This document shows, in pieces, positions 45,500 through 54,866 of a DNA stretch of 64,000 bases (position 1 is the first letter of the stretch; the number at the start of each line of letters is the position of its first letter). Under the pieces are notes generated by a model. The model saw only the letters and a program-made list of their open reading frames with translations, was not told the origin of the DNA and ran no database searches. This DNA is from an uncultured Eubacteriales bacterium (GTDB lineage: Bacteria; Bacillota; Clostridia; Lachnospirales; CAMVHY01), in the NCBI GenBank assembly GCA_948543815.1, contig CAOVHW010000001.1, positions 9,186 to 73,185 of the forward strand, in the 5' to 3' direction. A program made the position numbers and the translations under genes.

Positions 45500-46369
45500 A
45501 TGGGAATTGGAGTAAGCAGTAACGGACCTGCTTATCAAACTAGGGAGTACAAAGATTTATCCAGGAGTGAAAAACTAATTTATAATAGTCGCTCTACAGA
45601 TGATTTTGACAGAAATATACTTCTTACTTTAAATGCAACAGGTTGTAATATATATTTTAATTTAAAAGCTAAAGAAAAAGCAGCTTTTAAGAGCTTAGAT
45701 AGAGATAATAGAATATATTTTTTAGCAATGTCAGATAGTCTTAGATCTAGATATGTTAAGTTAGAAGACGAAGGCGAAAAAGCATTCATTTTAGAAAACT
45801 ATTATTTTGATATAGACACATTTAATCGTATGTTTGTAAGTTATAGAATGGATGTTCAATATAGAAAAACCAGTGCAGTTCTTGATGAAAATAAAGCGGC
45901 TCTTGAAGAAACTACAAATAGAATTAAAAAAACTGGGGAAGAAAACACAAGAGCTTATGAGGCTTTTATGAGAAGATTTAATGGCATAGAAGATGACGTT
46001 AACGAATTAAGAGACGATGTTGATACTTTACAAACGGATATGACTAATGTGAAGAACAATGTCAATGGGTTAGCTATAAGAACTGATAATTTACGAAATA
46101 ATGTTAATGATATCCAAACACGAACAACTAACTTAGAACGTAATGTTAATAGAGTAGAAGATACTACTGATAAAAACACTGAAGAAATAAACAACATAAA
46201 AGTAAGACAAGAAGAAGATAGAAGGGAAAAAGAGGATATGAAAAATTTTCTTCAGGAGAGGTTCCATTACGGGATGAAGAAGGTGAACGAGTTGTCGAGT
46301 TCAACAAGCTCGACATCATCGGAGATACCTCTCCAGGAAATAGAGACAGAACATTCGGAGATTCTGTAA
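45500..46369 (+). CDS. Hypothetical coiled-coil protein (289 aa in the zero frame); probably the 5' part of a longer frame-split gene
   Basis: GGGAGGG RBS. It has heptad-like repeats (VNELRDDVDTLQTDMTNVKNNVNGLAIRTDNLRNNVNDIQTRTTNLERNVNRVED). Arg is encoded almost only by AGA/AGG, unlike the housekeeping genes here. Confidence 0.75.
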   Translation: MGIGVSSNGPAYQTREYKDLSRSEKLIYNSRSTDDFDRNILLTLNATGCNIYFNLKAKEKAAFKSLDRDNRIYFLAMSDSLRSRYVKLEDEGEKAFILENYYFDIDTFNRMFVSYRMDVQYRKTSAVLDENKAALEETTNRIKKTGEENTRAYEAFMRRFNGIEDDVNELRDDVDTLQTDMTNVKNNVNGLAIRTDNLRNNVNDIQTRTTNLERNVNRVEDTTDKNTEEINNIKVRQEEDRREKEDMKNFLQERFHYGMKKVNELSSSTSSTSSEIPLQEIETEHSEIL

Positions 46370-46599
46370 AAGCCTTCTTCATAAGTGTTTATGATTGGTT
46401 TGGTTATATTTTTAGTGTCATAGCCGATTGGTTTAGACGGACTTTTAGCAGACAGACCGAAGCATTAGCAGCTCCCAGTCAAATCACTCCTAATGCTCTC
46501 GACCAAAATGAAACAGAAAATAAATTAAATAAAGAAACAATCGAAAAACCTGCAATGACAAATCAAGTAGAAAATCAAACAGAAAATCATCTACCATAA
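46222..46599 (+). other. Stop-free -1-frame continuation (125 codons, no usable start codon) with a hydrophobic segment, ending inside the terminator loop
   Basis: KGKRGYEKFSSGEVPLRDEEGERVVEFNKLDIIGDTSPGNRDRTFGDSVKAFFISVYDWFGYIFSVIADWFRRTFSRQTEALAAPSQ...NHLP*. It is bounded by TAG 46219-46221 and TAA 46597-46599. Confidence 0.55.
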
Positions 46600-46620
46600 A
46601 AATTTGGAGATGATTTTTTT
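46586..46620 (+). terminator. Rho-independent terminator of the 45500 transcription unit
   Basis: The stem atcatct(a)cca / tggagatgat is followed by a T7 run. The -1-frame stop codon sits in the loop. Confidence 0.75.
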
Positions 46621-46716
46621 GTTGTATAATTACATCCTTTTTATAAATTGATTTATAAACGTCGCCATGATATTATATTTACAATATTACAACTTTATCG
46701 CAGGAGTGTTTTCCAA

Positions 46717-47910
46717 ATGAAAAAATTAGGATTTGTTCCGAAATTAATTATCGCAATTATCATTGGCATTTTAATTGGGCAATTTATGCCCGAATACGTT
46801 TGTCGCTTAGTCGTAACATTGTCCGGTATATTTAGTACATTCTTGAAATTTATCATACCTCTTATGATTTTAGCTTATGTAACGATGGGGATTGCAGATT
46901 TATCACACGGTGCTGGAAAACTTTTAGGCATAACCGTTATTTTATCGTATTTGTCAACTTTATTTGCCGGTTCTGTTTCATATTTGATATCTTCTTTCTT
47001 GTTTCCACATTTCATGAGTGCAAATGCTCTTGTACAAATTGCGGCTACTACTAACATTTCTGTAAAACCTTATTTTAATTTGACAATCCCACCGTTTATG
47101 GATACTTTGTCAGCAGTAGTTTTGGCTTTCACTTTAGGATTAAGTTTCTCCGCTATGAAAGGAAAAGAAATTGGAAACACACTTTATAATGCATTCAAAG
47201 ATTTGTCAAAAATTATTGATAATGTTTTGCATAAAACGATTATTCCGTTGCTGCCACTTTATATTTGTGGAACTTTTACCGATATGACTAAATCCGGTAA
47301 AACTTTTGCCGTTTTAAGTATTTTATGGAAAGTATTTTTGGTCGTAATTCTTATGCATATGGCGTGCATTTTGATTCAATTTTGTATCGCTGGCGCCATT
47401 AGCAAAAAAAATCCGTTAGTTTTAATCAAAAATCAAATTCCGGGATATACTACCGCACTCGGAACACAATCTTCCGCCGCAACAATTCCTGTTAATCTGC
47501 AATGTGCAGCTGCGGACGGAATCAGCGAACAAATTCGTAATTTCGTCGTCCCACTCTGCGCCAACATTCATATGCCCGGCTCAATGATAACTATCTCGGC
47601 TTGTGCAACTGCCGTTTGCCTGATGAATCAATTACCACTCAATTTAATAACCGTAATTCAATTTATCATGACTCTTGGAGTCGCATTGGTAGCTTCACCG
47701 GGCGCACCCGGCGGTTCTATCATGACTGCATTACCATTTTTATATATAATTTTCGGTGCAGAAGCCGGTAATATAAACGGACCGATTTGTGCAATTATGG
47801 TAGCACTCTATATCACACAAGATTCTTTCGGCACCGCTTGCAATATATCATGCGATAATGCTATTGGCGTCATAATCGACACCATTTACAAAAAATTTAT
47901 CAAAAAATAA
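46717..47910 (+). CDS. Dicarboxylate/amino acid:cation symporter family (SstT-like serine/threonine transporter)
   Basis: Polytopic membrane protein with a GTQSSAATIPVN motif and PGAPGG. An AGGAG RBS precedes the ATG at 46717; the track's 46648 start is an extension. Confidence 0.85.
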   Translation: MKKLGFVPKLIIAIIIGILIGQFMPEYVCRLVVTLSGIFSTFLKFIIPLMILAYVTMGIADLSHGAGKLLGITVILSYLSTLFAGSVSYLISSFLFPHFMSANALVQIAATTNISVKPYFNLTIPPFMDTLSAVVLAFTLGLSFSAMKGKEIGNTLYNAFKDLSKIIDNVLHKTIIPLLPLYICGTFTDMTKSGKTFAVLSILWKVFLVVILMHMACILIQFCIAGAISKKNPLVLIKNQIPGYTTALGTQSSAATIPVNLQCAAADGISEQIRNFVVPLCANIHMPGSMITISACATAVCLMNQLPLNLITVIQFIMTLGVALVASPGAPGGSIMTALPFLYIIFGAEAGNINGPICAIMVALYITQDSFGTACNISCDNAIGVIIDTIYKKFIKK

Positions 47911-47965
47911 TTTTCGTCAAAATATTTTGCCATCGTAAAAAGACACAAATTTAAGTTTGTGTCTT

Positions 47966-48319
47966 TTATTTTTCTTTTGGGTCAAAAATCAACGCATTTA
48001 GCAAACTAAAAATTACTGCGGCAGTTATACCAGCTGAACCCGCTTTCAATCCGCCAGTTAAAATTCCTATTGCGCCTTCTGAATCAATTTCTTCTTTGAC
48101 ACCATTTGCCAATAAATTTCCGAATCCGGGCAATGGAACGGCGGCACCGGCGCCCGCATAAGAAATTAATTTATCATATAAATCGAAACCGCCGAGGATA
48201 CAGCCGATAACGACGAACAAAACTAAAATTCTGGCGGAAGTTATTTTAGTTTTGTCAATCAAAATTTGCCCGATAACGCAAATTACACCGCCGACCCAAA
48301 ACGCATTTAAGTAATCCAT
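47966..48319 (-). CDS. spoVAE: Stage V sporulation protein AE (SpoVAEB-type)
   Basis: 117 aa membrane protein with AFWVGGVICVIGQIL and GAGAAVPLPGFGN motifs. It is the last gene of the spoVA string. Confidence 0.88.
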   Translation of the reverse strand: MDYLNAFWVGGVICVIGQILIDKTKITSARILVLFVVIGCILGGFDLYDKLISYAGAGAAVPLPGFGNLLANGVKEEIDSEGAIGILTGGLKAGSAGITAAVIFSLLNALIFDPKEK

Positions 48320-48331
48320 TTTTTCACCTCA

Positions 48332-49348
48332 CTATAAATTTTCAATTGCAACTGCATATGCAATTCCCGGAATTGTTTCACCTTGTTGCGCGGAAATTTG
48401 ACTCATCAATGCGCCCGTTGGTACAAACAAAATTTTATTTAGCTGATGCTGCTGCAATTTTTTGTAAAGATATCCTGCAAAAGTTACAGCTGAGCACGCA
48501 CAACCACTACCGCCCGAATTTGTTCCTTGTGAATTTTTATCGAATATGAGCATTCCGCAATCACTATAATTTTTTTCGAGGTCAATATTTTTTTCGCCAA
48601 ACATTTGTAAAACCAAATCGTGTCCCACGTAGCCCAAATCGCCTGTTATTATCAAATCATAATACTCCGGGCCAATTGCTAAATCCGTAAAATGATTGTA
48701 AATTGTATCGAACGCCGCCGGCGCCATCGCCGCCCCCATATTATTCACATCCGTTATTCCCATATCTATTACTTTGCCAGTCGTAATTGCCGTGATACGC
48801 GGACAATTTTCTCTTATATCATTTGACAAAATAACTGAACCTTGTCCCGTAACAGTCCATGTTGAAGTTGGCGTACGTTGCGTGCCCAACTCTAATGGAA
48901 ATCGAAATTGTTTTTCACTCGCACAAAAATGACTTGACGCCCCAACCAAAATATTATTGGCGAATCCACCGTCAATCATTATTGCACCCAAACTCATTCC
49001 TTCACCAAAAGTTGAGCACGCACCAAAAATTCCCCAAAATGGAATAGCAAAGTTTCGAATTGCAAAAGTTGAGCCACTATTTTGATTAAGTAAATCGCCA
49101 GAAATTACGTAATCAATATTTTCTATTGGGATTTTTGATTTTGCGATTGCCACCTCAAACGTATCTTTTACTATTTTACTTTCAGCTTTTTCCCATGAAT
49201 CTTCACCGCATAATGAATCAGGTAAAATTGTATCAAAATATTCAGCTAACGGACCTTCACCTTCTTTTGGGCCAACAGTTGATGCACTTGTAATAATTGC
49301 GATAGGATTGTCAAAACGAATTGATTGTCTTCCACAATGTTTGCTCAA
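48332..49348 (-). CDS. spoVAD: Stage V sporulation protein AD (thiolase-fold, DPA-binding)
   Basis: 338 aa with a beta-ketoacyl-synthase-like fold (GACSTFGEG, GGSGCACSA). Its operon position fits. Confidence 0.92.
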   Translation of the reverse strand: MSKHCGRQSIRFDNPIAIITSASTVGPKEGEGPLAEYFDTILPDSLCGEDSWEKAESKIVKDTFEVAIAKSKIPIENIDYVISGDLLNQNSGSTFAIRNFAIPFWGIFGACSTFGEGMSLGAIMIDGGFANNILVGASSHFCASEKQFRFPLELGTQRTPTSTWTVTGQGSVILSNDIRENCPRITAITTGKVIDMGITDVNNMGAAMAPAAFDTIYNHFTDLAIGPEYYDLIITGDLGYVGHDLVLQMFGEKNIDLEKNYSDCGMLIFDKNSQGTNSGGSGCACSAVTFAGYLYKKLQQHQLNKILFVPTGALMSQISAQQGETIPGIAYAVAIENL

Positions 49349-49359
49349 AAAATCATCTC

Positions 49360-49806
49360 CTATTTACTCAAATAATAAATAATTCCGACTAAAACTGAAG
49401 TTAATGTACTATAAACGATAACGGGTCCGGCAATAATAAACATTTTTGCACCGACACCAAAAATAAAACCTTCCTTTTTAAATTCGAGAGCGGGAGCGGC
49501 AACAGAATTAGCGAAACCGGTTATAGGAACGACAGAGCCAGCGCCAGCAATTTTTCCGATTTCATCATATATACCGAAACCGGTTAAAAGGATACCGATA
49601 AAAATTAAGATAATGGAAGTAAGCGTACGAGAAATTTCTAAATCACAGCCAAAATTCAGGAGTGAATTAGTAATAAATTGACCGATGACACAAATTAAAC
49701 CGCCAGACCAAAACGCATTTAAACAATTCAGGAACAAATTAGTATTGGGAGAAGATTTCTCAACCATTTTTTGATACTTACCTTTATTATTTTGCATAGA
49801 ACTCAC
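49360..49806 (-). CDS. spoVAC: Stage V sporulation protein AC
   Basis: 148 aa membrane protein with NAFWSGGLICVIGQ and GAGSVVPITGFANS motifs. Confidence 0.92.
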   Translation of the reverse strand: MSSMQNNKGKYQKMVEKSSPNTNLFLNCLNAFWSGGLICVIGQFITNSLLNFGCDLEISRTLTSIILIFIGILLTGFGIYDEIGKIAGAGSVVPITGFANSVAAPALEFKKEGFIFGVGAKMFIIAGPVIVYSTLTSVLVGIIYYLSK

Positions 49807-49809
49807 CTT

Positions 49810-50232
49810 CTAAAAATGATAAAAGCCAGGGATGCAGTAATATAATAATGAACCAAAAAATTTTCCAAGCGCAATAGCGATAATAAAAAAGTAGAGACCA
49901 TTTTGAATTGAGCCACGACGAATTAAAATTGGGATAACGTTTAGCATTTCAGCTAATGACATTGCTAAGCATCCATAAAAAATTCCGATACAAAAACTAA
50001 GGAACCCGACTAATAATTTTCCAATAGGAATATAAAAATTAAATAAGTCGGTAGAGATTCCAAAGATACCGCCAAAAATAATAGCTTGTTCGTAAAGCTT
50101 TACAAATTTTTCACTTGAAGTTTTTTTAGCGAGACGTTGGACAATCCCGAGAGTAGTTATGAAAGCGAAAACGGCGCCGGAAATAATTAATCCGGAACTA
50201 AATCCGATATAGATTAAGATTAAATTACGCAT
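49810..50232 (-). CDS. spoVAB: Stage V sporulation protein AB
   Basis: 140 aa, 4-TM protein located between spoVAA and spoVAC. Confidence 0.75.
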   Translation of the reverse strand: MRNLILIYIGFSSGLIISGAVFAFITTLGIVQRLAKKTSSEKFVKLYEQAIIFGGIFGISTDLFNFYIPIGKLLVGFLSFCIGIFYGCLAMSLAEMLNVIPILIRRGSIQNGLYFFIIAIALGKFFGSLLYYCIPGFYHF

Positions 50233-50861
50233 TATCCGCCTCCAATTTCTTTTTTCGTATTATTTTGTTCAGTTTGAATTGAATCGACTAACGTATTATA
50301 GATATCAGTATCGTAGAGCGACATTTCAACTTCAATTGGAGTAGGGTCACGCGTAATTTTTATATTACCTAAATGATTAAAGAAAACAATTATACCGACA
50401 GCTAAACCAAGTGAATAAGGGACAGCAATAATTTTTGGATTATCTAATTCATAGCCAAAAAATATTTTGTAATAATTTTTAAATACATCAGGGATTTGTG
50501 CATCAGAATGGAAACTCATAATAGCAGTAGCGGCGCCCATAAATAAAACGATACAAACAAAAATAATACGTAAGATTTTTAGGAATTGATTTTCCTTTAC
50601 GATTACTGGCGAATAATCAATTATGGTATCCTTTTCACCTAAATTAATAACGGAATAATCGGGGAATTTTTTTTTAATAATTTTAATGATATCGGTAATG
50701 GAAACGACATAATTTTTACGGATTTTTAATGGGATTCTTAAAATTTTCTCATGTTTTAACTTATCCGCAACATCAGAAATAATTTCGGTAATATCTTGGA
50801 GGTAAACATCTTGACGTTGTTCGAGTAAAATTTTTTTAACCGGCTTAATATATATTTCCAT
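50232..50861 (-). CDS. spoVAA: Stage V sporulation protein AA
   Basis: 209 aa with a soluble N-terminal domain (VYLQDITEI...) followed by two TM segments. It is the first gene of the spoVA string, and its stop overlaps the spoVAB start. Confidence 0.75.
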   Translation of the reverse strand: MEIYIKPVKKILLEQRQDVYLQDITEIISDVADKLKHEKILRIPLKIRKNYVVSITDIIKIIKKKFPDYSVINLGEKDTIIDYSPVIVKENQFLKILRIIFVCIVLFMGAATAIMSFHSDAQIPDVFKNYYKIFFGYELDNPKIIAVPYSLGLAVGIIVFFNHLGNIKITRDPTPIEVEMSLYDTDIYNTLVDSIQTEQNNTKKEIGGG

Positions 50862-50895
50862 TTATAAAATCCCTTTCATTTTTTATTTTCAAATT

Positions 50896-50924
50896 TATAT
50901 TTCCCATTCTTTTCATTCGTATGC
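50896..50924 (-). promoter_or_regulatory. Candidate forespore (sigma-F/G-type) promoter of the spoVA operon
   Basis: The - strand reads GCATA-14 nt-GGGAAATATA. This resembles the GCATA / GGnnAnAnTA forespore promoter pattern, and spoVA is sigma-G dependent in B. subtilis. Confidence 0.4.
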
Positions 50925-50989
50925 ATTGAATAAATTATTTTTATAAGTAAATACTAACTTTGCAAAAAATTTTGTGAGGTGTTTTTAAT

Positions 50990-51601
50990 ATGAAATTCAA
51001 AAAAATTTTAGCGCTAACTTTTTCATTAGCATTGATAAATCCTATAAATGTTTTTGCCGCAACTGAAACTTATACGGTAAAATCGGGCGATAGTTTATGG
51101 AAAATTGCTCAAAAATATCAAGTTGGTATCTCTGAAATAATAAGTGCCAATGACCAATTTAAAAATCCAAATTTAATCTATCCCGGTGATAAAGTTACTA
51201 TCCCATTGCTCGATGAAACTACAAAAAGTATCGAACAACAAGTTGTTGACTTAGTAAATCAACAACGTTCAAAAAATGGATTGTCACCATTAACTTTAAA
51301 TTGGCAAGTATCACGTGTTGCACGCTATAAATCACAAGATATGTGCGAAAAAAATTATTTCAGTCATACTTCTCCAACTTATGGCTCACCATTTGATATG
51401 CTCAAAAAATTTAATATCAATTATTCGACAGCCGGTGAAAATATTGCGAAGGGTCAAAAAACTGCTCAAGCCGTTATGAATTCATGGATGAATTCGGAGG
51501 GACATCGCGCTAATATTTTAAATAAAAATTTTAAAGAAATTGGTGTCGGCTACTATAATAAAAATGGTTCAATCTATTGGACTCAAATGTTTATACGATA
51601 A
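50990..51601 (+). CDS. Secreted LysM + CAP/SCP (YkwD-like) domain protein
   Basis: It has a signal peptide, a LysM domain (YTVKSGDSLWKIAQKYQVGISEIISAN), and a CAP domain (GENIAKG...WMNSEGHRANILN). Confidence 0.88.
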   Translation: MKFKKILALTFSLALINPINVFAATETYTVKSGDSLWKIAQKYQVGISEIISANDQFKNPNLIYPGDKVTIPLLDETTKSIEQQVVDLVNQQRSKNGLSPLTLNWQVSRVARYKSQDMCEKNYFSHTSPTYGSPFDMLKKFNINYSTAGENIAKGQKTAQAVMNSWMNSEGHRANILNKNFKEIGVGYYNKNGSIYWTQMFIR

Positions 51602-51604
51602 ATC

Positions 51605-51786
51605 TTTAACAAAAAAAGATAAAACCTTTACTTTTTTCTTTGAAAAGAAAAAAGTAAAACAATAAGCAGTTCCTTTGGAACTGCTTCATGAAAAGAAACT
51701 TTATAAAAAATCTTTGTGCGAGTGCACAAAGATTTTTTTGTTAAAATTTTTTTGGTTCTTTTTTTATAAAAAAAGAACGGTTTTTA
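51605..51786. repeat. Mosaic palindromic repeat locus R4 (B, extra hairpin, A, C)
   Basis: B: tttacttttttctttgaaaagaaaaaagtaaa. Extra hairpin: aagcagttcctttggaactgctt. A: atctttgtgcgagtgcacaaagat. C: tttggttctttttttataaaaaaagaacggttttt. Confidence 0.9.
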
Positions 51787-51861
51787 TTTCTATATTTTAC
51801 TTTTGAATACGTATTAATTTATAATAAAGTTGAAATAAAAATTTGTAAGGGGAAGATTTTT

Positions 51862-53196
51862 GTGGCTAACAACGAAAAAAAAACGCAAAAAAATCCTATG
51901 GCATTACTGCCAATTTTTGCGTTTTTATTTTTATATCTAGGACTCGGACTGATTTTCGAATACATTTTACATATTGAAATGGGTTTTTATAAAATCCCAA
52001 TCGTTGTAATTTTTATGATTGCTTTATTTATCGCATGCATCCAAAATCATAAATTAACTCTCGATGAAAAATTAAACATTATGGCTAAAGGTATCGGTGA
52101 TAAAAATATCGTTACTATGATTTTAATTTTCTTAGTCGCTGGGATTTTCGTCGGCGTTATCGGCCGTAATAGTGCTGAAGCTGTCGCATATTTCCTTTTG
52201 TCAGTAACTCCGTCGCGTTTCTCTGTCGCCGTATTATTTCTAGCCGCATGCATCGTCTCAACTGCAATGGGAACTTCCGTCGGTACTATAACTTTAATCA
52301 TTCCAATTGCTGCTGCCGTCTCAAAAGTTTCAGGATTTTCTCTGCCATTATGTATCGGCGCCGTTATGGGCGGCTCAATGTTCGGCGATAATTTGTCATT
52401 TATCTCTGACACAACTATTGCCGCATGTAGCTCACAAGGTTGTGAAATGAAAGATAAATTTCGTGCGAATATCAAAATTGCTTTACCATCCGCAATAATT
52501 ACTCTGATAATTATTTTGGCAAAATCTTTTTACGTCAAGTCAAATCCAATTGAAATTCCACAATACAATCTTTTGCTACTCATTCCATACATATTAGTTT
52601 TAATTGGTGGAATTTGCGGCTTGAATGTCTTTACAGTTTTACTTACAGGAATTTTGTCAGGAACATTTATCACTTTAATTTCCGGCACGACAAATTTCGT
52701 TGATATTTTAAATAATATGGGACTCGGTACATGTCAAATGTTCGAAACAATTATGGTAACAATTTTGGTATCGGCAATGTGTGCATTAATTCGTGAATTC
52801 GGCGGCTTCGACGCACTCTTATCTTTCATTCGCCACGTATTTAAAGGAAAAATTGGCGGACGTTTAGGCGTTGGATTATTAGTCGGCACTATGGATCTAG
52901 CTACTGCCAACAATACAATTGCAATTGTAATGGCCGGCCCAATTGCAAAAGAAATTAGTCATGAATATAATATCAGTCCAAAAGAATCTGCATCTTTACT
53001 CGATACATTTTCATGCGTCTTTCAAGGCATTATTCCTTACGGCGCACAAATGTTAATTGCGGTATCAACCGCGTCAGAATTAGGCAACAATATCAGTGCA
53101 TTTCAAATCATTCCGTGCTTACATTATCCATTTTTGCTAGCTGCTTCATCAATTATTTTTATCATAGTTGGTGCAAAACGAAATGATAAAAATTAA
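51862..53196 (+). CDS. nhaC: Na+/H+ antiporter NhaC family (second paralogue)
   Basis: 444 aa polytopic membrane protein with a GGSMFGDNLSFISDTTIAA motif. GTG start. Confidence 0.85.
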   Translation: MANNEKKTQKNPMALLPIFAFLFLYLGLGLIFEYILHIEMGFYKIPIVVIFMIALFIACIQNHKLTLDEKLNIMAKGIGDKNIVTMILIFLVAGIFVGVIGRNSAEAVAYFLLSVTPSRFSVAVLFLAACIVSTAMGTSVGTITLIIPIAAAVSKVSGFSLPLCIGAVMGGSMFGDNLSFISDTTIAACSSQGCEMKDKFRANIKIALPSAIITLIIILAKSFYVKSNPIEIPQYNLLLLIPYILVLIGGICGLNVFTVLLTGILSGTFITLISGTTNFVDILNNMGLGTCQMFETIMVTILVSAMCALIREFGGFDALLSFIRHVFKGKIGGRLGVGLLVGTMDLATANNTIAIVMAGPIAKEISHEYNISPKESASLLDTFSCVFQGIIPYGAQMLIAVSTASELGNNISAFQIIPCLHYPFLLAASSIIFIIVGAKRNDKN

Positions 53197-54752
53197 ACGG
53201 TAACATTTTTTAAAATCAAAAGTTTTTGACCAACCTGTACGTCATCTTCAATTTCATTTACATCTTTTAATTCATCGATACTCATATTATATCTTTTAGC
53301 GATATCCCACAAACGGTCGCCATTTTGCACAATATATACAACCATGCTTGGCATATTTTCTAAAATTTCCTTGTCAATCTCACTAAATTTTATATCCGTA
53401 ATAATTTTTGATTGCTGCTGCTTTATAACTTCTGCATTAAAGCCTAATAAAATTCGTAAATCAATCTCATCGTTACTTAGCATATTAAATCCAATATGCT
53501 CAATTGTTGTGTCAATATTCATTTCCATTTCTGGTAATGCACCACGTACTTCTAATGTTTGTCGGTATGGTAAAACAGTTTTATACGAATAAATTGGTGA
53601 CTCATCACTTTTTGCAATATAAAGAATATCGATATCAATAATTCCCTCAACCATTGCTTTATCATTAATTATATGACTATCGTCAATATTTACTGTCGCA
53701 TTTATTTTTAATATCTGTAAAATATCGGGGCAATTCTCATCAAGTTGAATAATTTCTTTTATCGGTGATTGCATCTTATTCCGGCAGATAATATTTGAAT
53801 AGCTAACCGTCTCACGTATTATTTCTAATTTCTCATCAATACAATATGCGTCACTTAAAATCTCAAAATCTTCCTGCGAATTTATTTTTATATTCGCTCC
53901 AATAAAAATTTCTGTATCAAGTACTCGGTCCTCTCCATCTTCATTTGGTTTTATATGAATATATTTATCCTGTACGAAAAGTTTTACGTCTGCCAGCATA
54001 AAGTCTTTAGCTTTTGGGACATCAAATACTCCGTTAAAAGGTAGCTCATGCTCGACAATCTCAATAATATTCTCACTTGAATCACTTTTATATAAAGTTT
54101 TTAGTAAAAGTTCACCATTAACTGTAATCTTACCATTACCCGATTTTATATCACGTGATACGATATCGATATCAGTTTGTAAAATCTCACGGATATTTGG
54201 CTTCCCTGATGGAATATTTAATTCGTCCTTAACAATAAATCTATCGGAACGATTTTCAATTAATCGATTTACAGTAAAATTTTCTTTTAATAATTGAGAA
54301 GACGGGATATTTTTAATAGCCGAAACAATTTCGTACTCAGATTCTTGTAAGACATTAGCGATAATATCAATAACGGCACGGAAATTAATTTTACGGTCAT
54401 TTAGCATTTTATAGTCAATTTTATTTATAGAAACTTTAACATCGGTAAACATTTCACTATCGGCACCATCAATATTTATAAATTCATCGATAGCAATTGA
54501 ATTATTAATACAGAAGATAGGATTATCAGAATCTTTAGCGATATAGAAAAGATTAAGATCTAAGCGGCCGATAAAATTTAATTTATCATGGAGGAGTTCA
54601 ATTTTATCAGTAATAATATTCGCATGAGTTTGAAGGATAGAACTCATATCAGGTTTTATATCAGGGACAATAATATCGCCCTCAACTAAAAATTGAGAAG
54701 ATTCCGTACCAATTTTTTTATCCAAATAAATTTTATCTTTAACTAAATCCAT
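53193..54752 (-). CDS. sipL: SipL/SpoVID-like spore coat morphogenetic protein (repeated DUF3794/SPOCS-type domains + C-terminal LysM)
   Basis: The N-terminus (GTESSQFLVEGDIIVPDIKPDMSSILQ) is repeated later (NIREILQTDI.., CPDILQILKI..). The C-terminal LysM is YIVQNGDRLWDIAKRYNMSIDELKDVN. The size matches C. difficile SipL. Confidence 0.7.
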   Translation of the reverse strand: MDLVKDKIYLDKKIGTESSQFLVEGDIIVPDIKPDMSSILQTHANIITDKIELLHDKLNFIGRLDLNLFYIAKDSDNPIFCINNSIAIDEFINIDGADSEMFTDVKVSINKIDYKMLNDRKINFRAVIDIIANVLQESEYEIVSAIKNIPSSQLLKENFTVNRLIENRSDRFIVKDELNIPSGKPNIREILQTDIDIVSRDIKSGNGKITVNGELLLKTLYKSDSSENIIEIVEHELPFNGVFDVPKAKDFMLADVKLFVQDKYIHIKPNEDGEDRVLDTEIFIGANIKINSQEDFEILSDAYCIDEKLEIIRETVSYSNIICRNKMQSPIKEIIQLDENCPDILQILKINATVNIDDSHIINDKAMVEGIIDIDILYIAKSDESPIYSYKTVLPYRQTLEVRGALPEMEMNIDTTIEHIGFNMLSNDEIDLRILLGFNAEVIKQQQSKIITDIKFSEIDKEILENMPSMVVYIVQNGDRLWDIAKRYNMSIDELKDVNEIEDDVQVGQKLLILKNVTV

Positions 54753-54866
54753 TATGAATCATCCTTTATGATTAAAATATAATAAAATTTATGCATGGAA
54801 AAAAATTTTTATACCGCATTGCCATTAAAATAAAATAATGCTAATATTTCTACGAGGTGGTAACTA

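Noticed and set aside
54753-54866. T-box or other leader upstream of proS, and similarly upstream of lysS at 61238-61480.
   Set aside because: The proS leader is only ~110 nt. Neither region contains the conserved T-box 14-mer (AAnnnGGGTGGnACCGCG-like) or a specifier-loop architecture.
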